Source: Promethearchaeota archaeon (GTDB lineage: Archaea; Asgardarchaeota; Lokiarchaeia; Sigyniarchaeales; SOKP01). Taken from it: 46,471 nucleotides of DNA. The stretch lies in contig JBHLNF010000019.1 in NCBI GenBank assembly GCA_048937405.1, positions 1 to 46,471 on the forward strand, read 5' to 3'. This document shows positions 38,903 to 46,471 of the stretch, one piece after another. The notes under the pieces are model-generated. The model was not told the DNA's origin and made no database searches. It saw only the letters and a program-made list of their open reading frames with translations. The first letter of the stretch is position 1. The number at the start of each line of letters is the position of its first letter. A program made the translations under genes and the position numbers.

Positions 38903-38915
38903 TATTTAATTAATT

Positions 38916-39371
38916 TTAAAATAAAGAGCGAAATCTATCTTCAGTTTTTAATCTTAAATCTCCTAAAATCTCGTTAATTCTTTTCTCAAATTGTCTAAAA
39001 TATTTAGCTTTTTTTGAAAAAATATCATTTAATGGATATCGATTGAGAAAATAAGAGATAATTCGATTCAATTGTTCTTTTACAACTGAGGCATCTGTTC
39101 CTTTTTCTATAATGGCATATGACAGCAAGGGTTGCTTATTATACACATCATCTGTAGGTAAATTAATCATTTCACAATAACATACTAGTTTAAAACTTGC
39201 TAAACTGATTACATTTATATCATCTCCAAAGACCTCGCTAGTAAAACTTTCAAGTGCGGTTAAAAAACCTGCTCGTAGGTTTGGATCTAGGACATTATCT
39301 GATGAGGTATAATATTTAATTTCAACTAAGTTTCTCATCCCTAGATTAATTCCAACTTCTAGAATTGCCAT
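38916..39371 (-). CDS. longin-like domain protein
   Basis: 151 aa. Motif DPNLRAGFLTALESFTSEVFG followed by beta strands and an LxxIxxxFLxRY...FxxF helix pattern, typical of Asgard longin-like proteins. Confidence 0.6.
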   Translation of the reverse strand: MAILEVGINLGMRNLVEIKYYTSSDNVLDPNLRAGFLTALESFTSEVFGDDINVISLASFKLVCYCEMINLPTDDVYNKQPLLSYAIIEKGTDASVVKEQLNRIISYFLNRYPLNDIFSKKAKYFRQFEKRINEILGDLRLKTEDRFRSLF

Positions 39372-39560
39372 CTTTCTAAAGGGTTTTTTTACAGATTAAA
39401 AGATATTAATTTAATCAGATTATCTTTTTTATAGTATAAATTATAGTTTATATTTCTATTTTTTTTGTAAACCTTGATCTAATATAATTTTAATTGTTTT
39501 TTCTATAACACAGCAAATTTCAAGGTAAATTTTAATTTTGATTTAGTTAAGATATAAGTA

Positions 39561-40424
39561 TTAAGATAAATTTACCTGTTTCTTATAAGCTGCAAATGTG
39601 TTCTCACAAAGCATTGCAACTGTCATGGGTCCTACTCCACCAGGAACGGGAGTTATTTTTTGGCATTTTTCTAAAACATTTTCAAAATCTACATCACCAC
39701 ACAATTTTCCTTCAACTCGATTCATACTTACATCAATTATTATTACTCCTTCCTTAATTTTGTTCTTAGTTATGAAATTTGGTTGCCTAACAGCGGTTAT
39801 CAGGATATCTGCCTTCCGGATGTATTCATTAATATCTTTTGTTGATGTGTGGCAAATTGTAACGGTTGCATTTCTCTTTAACAACATAAAAATTAAGGGT
39901 TTTCCTACCAAATTTGATCGATTTATTATAACTACATCTTTTCCCTTAATTTCCACATTATAATATTCTAATAGTTTTATTATCCCTTTGGGTGTACAAG
40001 CTGCCAATTCTTCATTATAATCAAAGAGTTTTCCACGATTAAGTGGATGCAAACCATCGGCATCTTTTGATGATAATATTTCTTCTATAAAATCGTTAGT
40101 ATGTTCTCGTATTTTTTTGGGTAAAGGTAATTGTAGAAGTATAGCATGAGTAGTAGGATCATTATTAGCTTTACTTATTTCATCCATTAATTCATCTTTT
40201 GATATGTTTTCATCGAGTTCTATTATTTTTGATTCTATTCCAACTTCCTGACATGCTTTATGTTTATTGTTAACATAAATTTTTGAAGCACTATCCATAC
40301 CTACTAAAATTGTTATTAATTTTGGGATAATACCTGTCTTTTTTACAGCTTTAGTTATTTTATCTTTAAGTTCAGCATTTAGTTTATCTGCTAAATATTT
40401 TCCATCTAATATTTTATCTTTCAT
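39561..40424 (-). CDS. folD: bifunctional methylene-THF dehydrogenase/cyclohydrolase
   Basis: Motifs ILDGK, ASKIYVNNK, LLQLPLP, KDADG, CTPKG, RSNLVGKP, GDVDF, ITPVPGGVGPMT. Confidence 0.96.
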   Translation of the reverse strand: MKDKILDGKYLADKLNAELKDKITKAVKKTGIIPKLITILVGMDSASKIYVNNKHKACQEVGIESKIIELDENISKDELMDEISKANNDPTTHAILLQLPLPKKIREHTNDFIEEILSSKDADGLHPLNRGKLFDYNEELAACTPKGIIKLLEYYNVEIKGKDVVIINRSNLVGKPLIFMLLKRNATVTICHTSTKDINEYIRKADILITAVRQPNFITKNKIKEGVIIIDVSMNRVEGKLCGDVDFENVLEKCQKITPVPGGVGPMTVAMLCENTFAAYKKQVNLS

Positions 40425-40512
40425 GATTTTATTTTGATGATAAAATAGAAATTAAGTTCATTGTTGTTATGAAAAAATAAATCAACATATTCATACTAAG
40501 CATAGAATAGCT

Positions 40513-41610
40513 TTATATTCTTCTTTTTCTCCAGATATATACCATTATTCCAATAAAAGCAGCAATAGATGTAAAAATTATAATTAAAATCCAATAATTA
40601 AACTCCACCATCCAAACATCTTTAGATAGACTAGAGAGGGAAGGATTTAATATCTTTAAAGTTTTAAAAGCATGATATGAAGGAATAATTGAGGATATCT
40701 TTTGTACTTCACCTTCAGTATTCTCTGAAAATCCTCCATCATTAAAATTTTGAAGGGTTAATATCCATGAAATTGTTTGAGCCTTATTCAATTCATTAGG
40801 ATCTATTAAAGAAATTGTTTTTACACATAAATATGAACTACTTAACATTGCATATTGAGTTGTACTATCTGGTAAGTATCCACCATAATTATTGATATCT
40901 ACTGAATCATTAACATATAATTGTTTAAGATAAGCTAGAGTTTTGTTAATGTTAACAATATCAGTAATATTCCATAATTGATCAAATAATAAAACCGCAA
41001 AATATGTATCTAGTAAATTAGTTGATAAACTTTGATTTCCCCCAAAACCACCATCTATATTATTACATGCCTGAATCCAATTCTTATGTTCTGGGAGGCT
41101 GTCAATAGTTACATCAATTAATGAGTAGAGTTGAATAACATAATAGGTAGAGGATAAACTAACTGAGCTGGAAGTGTTTGAGAAAGAAAACCCTCCTCCA
41201 ATTTGTTTAGTTTCATTTAAATATTGATAAATCCTGTTTTTTAGATTATCATCAATTTTATATTGCAAGATATTGAGCGATTTCATCAAATAAAATAATT
41301 TATACAATTGAACCTGATTTGTATTAAACATATTAGTTATTTCATTTTTTAAATTAGTTTGGAGTGTTTCAATTTCATGTGGATTAGATCCGTAATCATT
41401 TAATATCTCTAATGCATAAACTGTTGCTTCATAAGAAACTGATTCATTTGTACCAATTACATTGGAAAATCCAATACTTTCAATTTCATTTTCTTTAATA
41501 AAATCTAATAGATAAGATCTACGTGTTTTTCCTAATACAATCGGAATTATATTTATTGTTATTAAAAAGATAAATATTATAATAATTATATTCCGATATT
41601 TGTACTTCAT
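40513..41610 (-). CDS. secreted, membrane-anchored prenyltransferase/squalene-oxidase repeat (alpha/alpha toroid) protein
   Basis: Signal peptide; repeats GGGFS, NIDGGFG, NYGGY, LQNFNDGGFS, each followed by a (S/T)Y-x-(A/V) helix; C-terminal TM and WRKRRI. Confidence 0.8.
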   Translation of the reverse strand: MKYKYRNIIIIIFIFLITINIIPIVLGKTRRSYLLDFIKENEIESIGFSNVIGTNESVSYEATVYALEILNDYGSNPHEIETLQTNLKNEITNMFNTNQVQLYKLFYLMKSLNILQYKIDDNLKNRIYQYLNETKQIGGGFSFSNTSSSVSLSSTYYVIQLYSLIDVTIDSLPEHKNWIQACNNIDGGFGGNQSLSTNLLDTYFAVLLFDQLWNITDIVNINKTLAYLKQLYVNDSVDINNYGGYLPDSTTQYAMLSSSYLCVKTISLIDPNELNKAQTISWILTLQNFNDGGFSENTEGEVQKISSIIPSYHAFKTLKILNPSLSSLSKDVWMVEFNYWILIIIFTSIAAFIGIMVYIWRKRRI

Positions 41611-41765
41611 AAAAAGATACCTAGATCTGATAAATCAAAATTTAATTGTTTAAATCTATCTTGAAATTAAAAATTAACTATATGTCAATCTAAAGAAAGA
41701 AAACTTTCAATTTTTTATAATTTAAGAATAGAACTTTTTAAAACTTAGTTTTTTTTTTTATTTAA

Positions 41766-43289
41766 TTATAGGATGTCACTTATATCTCTGTATAATAGGT
41801 TTACATTTACTTGAAACTGTTCGTGTGTTATAAATAACTGTTGGAATGAAGGCAGACTTCCTAAAATGGCAGCACCATTAAAAGTAGCATACTGAAGATT
41901 ATCAGGAATGAAATATTTTAGTACTTTATTCGCAGATCCCATAAATTCTGAAAATTCTTGAGCTGCTGATTTCTCAATTTTTGTTTCTGGTAATTTCGTA
42001 GCTTCTAATGCTGCGATTTTTTTCCCACAATATGGACAAAAAAGAGAATCTGTATCAGGTAATTCTTTTTTGCAATGTGGACATTTTTCTTTTTCTGATT
42101 GATTTTGTTTAATTGTACCTAAATTTCCAATCTTTATTTCAGGCAATATCAATACTCCACCACATGAAGGACATCGATCTTTTCCGTCAGAAAGATCAAC
42201 TAATGTACCACAATTAGGGCATGTATCATCTTTCTTTTTTGAAATTTCAAGAGTTTGAAGTTGAATTAATTCACTCTTAACTGCGGAAAGAGGGGATACT
42301 GGTTTGGGAATAGGACCTAATTGTGATAAAAGAGGATCTAATTCAGATTCAAAACGTTCTTGAAAACCACTATAAGAAAGATTTCCTCCCGCAAATACAA
42401 TATGAGAAAGCATTTCATGCCAATAATTATTATCAATTACTTTTAAACTCTCAATGACTGCTTGAGGTATATTCATTATATTTCCGTAACCTAACATACC
42501 AGGATTAAATAAGACTTCTGGAGCTTGATAGAGAATGTAAGTGGGAACATTTATTGATGATCCATCAGGCATAGGAACTTTGAACATCTCTCCCGCTTTA
42601 GGGGGAATATTTGGATCTAAAACAAAATAACAATTCTTTTCTTTGATATCTTGGATAATTTCATCGGCAGCACTAGAAGAAATGCTTGCTCCTTCTCTCA
42701 TTAAAAGACTTTTTAAATTTTGATTAACATCTATTCCTGCAATTGGTATTTTTTGTACTGCATGTTGAAGAATTTGCCCGTTAATTATTGGTACTACCCA
42801 TGTTAGACCATCTCCACTTTCAATAACTAATCCTGTGGTTAATCCAACACTGAATAAGGAAAGTAGTGGTGTTGGCAGCATTACCAAACTCCTAACTCGA
42901 TGAGTTTCAAAAAATACACGCGCTATAAACTCTTTTGTCTCTTTTTGCATAAAAGGAGGTTCACAATAGAATACAGGATACTGTGAAAGGTTATCAATTC
43001 TAAGTAATGTGTAAAAAATATGATTTAAAATCTCATAATAACTATCCCAATCCATAATTTCTCCACGACTTAATGGATGGTTTATTTTAAGTACACCGCG
43101 CATTCGGGATACGTCATTTCCTACATAGATACTTCTAGCACTTACATCAACCATTACAGATTTATACTTTTCTGTACCAGTTATGCAAGGAAACACAAAT
43201 CTAGGGCTTGGTTCACCGGCGAATCCAACTTTTACATATGCAGAGCCAATATCAATTATAATTGGCGTTCCAGGTAGAGGCAGTGCCAT
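41766..43289 (-). CDS. actin-related protein with double zinc-ribbon insertion
   Basis: Actin motifs IIIDIGSAYVKVGFAGEPSPRFVFP, DWD, EPP, FFET, TTGLVIESGDG, AGIDV, DIKEKNCY, MPDG, APEVLFNP, IVFAGG, GFQERF, QYATFNGAAILGSL. Insert contains CPNC/CPSC/CPHC/CPYC. Confidence 0.93.
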   Translation of the reverse strand: MALPLPGTPIIIDIGSAYVKVGFAGEPSPRFVFPCITGTEKYKSVMVDVSARSIYVGNDVSRMRGVLKINHPLSRGEIMDWDSYYEILNHIFYTLLRIDNLSQYPVFYCEPPFMQKETKEFIARVFFETHRVRSLVMLPTPLLSLFSVGLTTGLVIESGDGLTWVVPIINGQILQHAVQKIPIAGIDVNQNLKSLLMREGASISSSAADEIIQDIKEKNCYFVLDPNIPPKAGEMFKVPMPDGSSINVPTYILYQAPEVLFNPGMLGYGNIMNIPQAVIESLKVIDNNYWHEMLSHIVFAGGNLSYSGFQERFESELDPLLSQLGPIPKPVSPLSAVKSELIQLQTLEISKKKDDTCPNCGTLVDLSDGKDRCPSCGGVLILPEIKIGNLGTIKQNQSEKEKCPHCKKELPDTDSLFCPYCGKKIAALEATKLPETKIEKSAAQEFSEFMGSANKVLKYFIPDNLQYATFNGAAILGSLPSFQQLFITHEQFQVNVNLLYRDISDIL

Positions 43290-43391
43290 TTTCTATCAAT
43301 AATTTAGTTTTATATTGTTTTTCTTATTAATAATCTAAAATTTATATTTTTTATAATTTCTTTGTAAGCATTATAATTTTAAAATTCTTAA

Positions 43392-43817
43392 TTATTTTTT
43401 CATATATTCAAGAAGTTTTTTGATGATCTCATTTTGCATAACTAAACCTATTAGTTCATTACTATCATTCACAACAGGTAATCTTTGTATTTTCTTCCCT
43501 AACATCATCTCAATTACATACATTAAAGTATCATTTTTTTTGACAACAAATGGCTCTAGAGTCATTAAATCCTTAACAGTTGTATCAGGAGTATCAACAC
43601 TCATCGCGAATCTTGCTAAGCGTATATCTCTTTGCGTAATGATTCCAACTAGATGCATATTCTTACGATCTTTTACAACAGGAAGTCCGCTAATATTTTT
43701 TCGTATCATAAGTAGCTCAGTAGCACTAATTTTTTCATTTGGAAATGTAAATAATGGGTCTTTTATCATGATATTTGATACTTTTATTTCACTAAATTCT
43801 TTTAGGTTATCTTCCAT
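43392..43817 (-). CDS. CBS-domain pair protein
   Basis: Motifs VSNIM, ISGLPVV, LVGIITQRDI, VKDLM, IQRLPVV, LIGLV. Confidence 0.92.
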   Translation of the reverse strand: MEDNLKEFSEIKVSNIMIKDPLFTFPNEKISATELLMIRKNISGLPVVKDRKNMHLVGIITQRDIRLARFAMSVDTPDTTVKDLMTLEPFVVKKNDTLMYVIEMMLGKKIQRLPVVNDSNELIGLVMQNEIIKKLLEYMKK

Positions 43818-43908
43818 ATTTTATACCTATTACCTAAAACATTTTAAATAGACATACTTTTCAATTTCTCTACTGAAAATAATCAATAATAGAATTAAAA
43901 TATATTTA

Positions 43909-44289
43909 TTAGACGATCTTTATCGTTTCTCCTAATATTTTTTCAATTTTTGTGATTTCTCTTAGGTATTGCTTATATAAGTTTAAAATGTATTTTCCCC
44001 AATCATTTAATTTTACCCATCCTCCTCCACCACTACCTCCTTTTCCGGTTATTACAACAGCTTTACCTGTTCTTCTCTCGATTCGCTTTAAAATATTCCA
44101 AGCATATTTATAGGAATAATTGCATTCTTTTGCTGCTTGAGTTAATGAACCTTCTTCATTTTTTTCAATATTTTTTAACAATTCTGCCCAACCAGTACCC
44201 AATATACTCTTACCCTCGAATTCAAGCCAAAATTTAATACCAAATTTTATTTTAGATTTTAACTCTTCAATATTGGGTTGAGTTTCCAT
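43909..44289 (-). CDS. modE: stand-alone ModE-type winged-HTH transcriptional regulator
   Basis: Motifs KFWLEFEG, LLKNIE, GSLTQAAKECNYSYKYAWNIL, GKGGSGGGG. No molybdate-binding TOBE domains. Confidence 0.8.
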   Translation of the reverse strand: METQPNIEELKSKIKFGIKFWLEFEGKSILGTGWAELLKNIEKNEEGSLTQAAKECNYSYKYAWNILKRIERRTGKAVVITGKGGSGGGGWVKLNDWGKYILNLYKQYLREITKIEKILGETIKIV

Positions 44290-44390
44290 AATACTATATT
44301 TTATTTTTGGTTTATTTAATAATTTTATAGTTTAGAAAAGAAAAAAATTAAAGTTAAGTTTATTTTACTTTTTTAAAAATTTTAATAGAA

Positions 44391-45149
44391 ATGGCTCTCA
44401 TGTTTTTTTCCAATAGAGAATCTGAGAAAAGATGTAAAGAAGTAATAAAAAACCTTTATTACTTCTCAGAAAATCAAATGTTAGATTGCAATCAATATAT
44501 TATTAAAGATTCAAGTACAGAGAAACTTGCGTTATTTGATACTGGAAATGGCATTTCTCTTAATGGTTTATTCAAGGGTATGGAAAAATATAACCTTAAA
44601 TATCAGAATATTAACAAAGTTTTTTTAACTCATGAGCATGTAGACCATGTATTAGGTTTATATCCATTAGTGAAAACACTAAAGAATAATCCCCCTGAAA
44701 TTTATGCATATGGCGAAACCGCTAGAATTCTAAAAGCTGGTAATAAGTCTCAAATATGTCCAGATATTCTTGGTATAAATCTTGATTTGTTTGGAATTGA
44801 AATCTTCCCTTTAAATGTGAATAATCTTGAAAATTCCAAAGAAATTGAAGTTTCTTCTGAATTTATGTTTCAAATCCTTTTTACTCCAGGTCATTCTTTA
44901 GGGTCAATTTGTTATTATGAATCAAATAAAAAGGTTCTAATCCCAGGAGATCTAGTATTCACAGGAGGAAGTTTTGGAAGATATGATTTTCCTGGTGGAT
45001 CTTTAAGTACATTAATTAATTCAATCAGTCGTGTAAATAATTTAGATGTAAATTATTTACTTCCTGGTCATATGGGGATTAGTGATAAAGGCAATCAACA
45101 AATAGCCTTATCTTATAGAATGATAAAATCTATGAGTTCATTTTACTAA
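44391..45149 (+). CDS. metallo-beta-lactamase fold hydrolase (glyoxalase II-like)
   Basis: Motifs FDTG, THEHVDH, TPGHSLG, GDLVF, GRYDFPGG, LPGH. Confidence 0.92.
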   Translation: MALMFFSNRESEKRCKEVIKNLYYFSENQMLDCNQYIIKDSSTEKLALFDTGNGISLNGLFKGMEKYNLKYQNINKVFLTHEHVDHVLGLYPLVKTLKNNPPEIYAYGETARILKAGNKSQICPDILGINLDLFGIEIFPLNVNNLENSKEIEVSSEFMFQILFTPGHSLGSICYYESNKKVLIPGDLVFTGGSFGRYDFPGGSLSTLINSISRVNNLDVNYLLPGHMGISDKGNQQIALSYRMIKSMSSFY

Positions 45150-45445
45150 TTTCCATATGTTAACAATATTATATTCTAATTTAATAGTTATAATATTTTT
45201 AAAGAAATCTATCAATTTTGAATTTGAATACAAAAATCTAGATTATCACCCGAATTTTATATGATAATCATAATAATTTTGGGTTTAATTTTTGATTTGG
45301 CCTTAAAAAACTTTAAATTACATAAGAGTAAAATAAAAGTATTTAATTTTTAAGGTGACTAATTAGACACTAATATTTAAATAACACATCTATATATTAT
45401 TTTTATAATCCTCTTTAAATAAAAATTCTTTAAATGTGAAAATAT

Positions 45446-46108
45446 ATGTCTGAAAAAAAACCTCAGTATCCAAGTGAGATATTCATAAGAAGTTATCCTA
45501 AGATAATTTTTTTTTGGCCTCTACTAATAACAAGTTTCGTTTTATGGTTAATTCAAGCATTTATTGACCCCAGTAATGTTCTAGGATATATTTGGTTCAT
45601 AGTTTTCTTTGTAAATATATTTGTAACTGCTTTTGACTTCTCCTCGACTAAATTCTTTGTATTAATATTAGCTATTGTTATTATCATCTTACTTGTTGTT
45701 TTTTTGATTCTCCCAAATTTTGCATTAGATCTAACAGGGGTAAGTCTTGATTTAGCTTTACCATGGGAATTCTATATGACAATGTCATTAATCTTGCTTT
45801 TTATATTAGGAATCGTAGTAATCAGCACTAGATTTGAATATTATAAAATTGAACGAAATGAGATTTTCCATAAAACTGGAATCTTTAGCTCAGCTGAGAG
45901 GTTTCCAGTAAAGAGTTTAAGGTTCAAAAAGGAGATTCCTGATGTATTTGAATTTTTTATGTTGCGAGCGGGAAAACTCACAATAATGCCAGGAAAGGCT
46001 GATGAAGTAATGATCCTTAATACAGTGCTTAATATCAATAAAAGGGAAAGACAACTTGATTGGTTGCTCTCCCATGTTAGTGTAGAGCCAGATGAAATAG
46101 ACTCTTAA
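45446..46108 (+). CDS. membrane protein (4 TM) with C-terminal bacterial-PH-like domain
   Basis: Four hydrophobic helices, then YYKIERNEIFHKTGIFSS...FPVKSL...AGKLTI, a bPH_2-like pattern. Confidence 0.65.
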   Translation: MSEKKPQYPSEIFIRSYPKIIFFWPLLITSFVLWLIQAFIDPSNVLGYIWFIVFFVNIFVTAFDFSSTKFFVLILAIVIIILLVVFLILPNFALDLTGVSLDLALPWEFYMTMSLILLFILGIVVISTRFEYYKIERNEIFHKTGIFSSAERFPVKSLRFKKEIPDVFEFFMLRAGKLTIMPGKADEVMILNTVLNINKRERQLDWLLSHVSVEPDEIDS

Positions 46109-46173
46109 AAAATGAAATAAAATTTTTATTTTTTTTTTATTTTTTAATTCTTCTAATATATAATTTCTAATTT

Positions 46174-46470
46174 TTATTTTGGAATTCCAATTTCCTCTCG
46201 TGTATTAATATCGTCTTTAATTTTATCTTTCTTATTATTTATTTTACCTAAGTTCTTTTTATTATCTTCTGGTAGATAATTTGTTCTCTTTTTAAATAAC
46301 AAAGTTAGTGCAATGACCATAATTACAGATACACTCCCTAAGATTAATAAAACAGAATAAAGCAGAGGTGTTAAATCTATTGGATCTGTAGGATCTTCAA
46401 ATATTCTGGAAGAAATACCAAATGATTCTATATGATTATTTGATGTTAAATTAATGATTTTTGTTTTATA
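46174..46470 (-). CDS. C-terminal end of a single-pass membrane protein (5' part outside the window)
   Basis: Manual translation: open frame from the window edge to TAA at 46174-46176, containing TM LLYSVLLILGSVSVIMVIALTLLF followed by KKR. Confidence 0.75.
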   Translation of the reverse strand, partial: YKTKIINLTSNNHIESFGISSRIFEDPTDPIDLTPLLYSVLLILGSVSVIMVIALTLLFKKRTNYLPEDNKKNLGKINNKKDKIKDDINTREEIGIPK

Positions 46471-46471
46471 T

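Noticed and set aside
3101-46038. Numerous short ORFs in the track nested in or antisense to larger genes (e.g. 3101-3295, 7460-7696, 26656-27102, 39598-39963, 43420-43851)
   Set aside because: They overlap well-supported CDSs and are typical shadow frames.
1-46471. Search for CRISPR arrays, tRNA/rRNA, transposases, integrases and defence systems
   Set aside because: I saw no regularly spaced direct repeats, GC-rich structured RNA islands or recombinase motifs. The sirtuin has the Zn-binding deacylase form rather than the defence-type SIR2 NADase form.

Overview
This is a very AT-rich, gene-dense archaeal chromosome segment, most likely from an Asgard archaeon (Lokiarchaeia). That assignment is inferred from an actin-family protein, two longin-like proteins, a Rab/Roc-like small GTPase, a Loki-CTERM (PGY-TM-basic) surface protein and archaeal housekeeping genes (PINA ATPase, COG1202-type helicase, splicing-endonuclease subunit, DRG GTPase, FolD). 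I saw no rRNA, tRNA, CRISPR array or transposase. Main highlights: (1) three genes (small GTPase, threonine synthase, ZIP transporter) have conserved N-terminal elements upstream of the first ATG/GTG/TTG, so they probably start at AUU-type codons; (2) an actin-related protein has a ~130-aa double zinc-ribbon insertion and altered catalytic residues, next to a secreted prenyltransferase-repeat protein and a longin plus degenerate DRG pair; (3) a 1750-aa integrin-alpha-like FG-GAP/Ca2+-blade surface protein is translationally coupled to an ABC-2 exporter; (4) a sirtuin looks like eukaryotic class IV (SIRT6/7); (5) a DnaJ-type zinc-finger protein resembles eukaryotic SSUH2; (6) a Rab-like GTPase is grouped with coiled-coil proteins; (7) a Cys-rich DtxR regulator and ZIP transporter sit behind a 26-bp inverted repeat with perfect 12-bp arms. 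All family calls come from motif recognition by eye; no searches were run.
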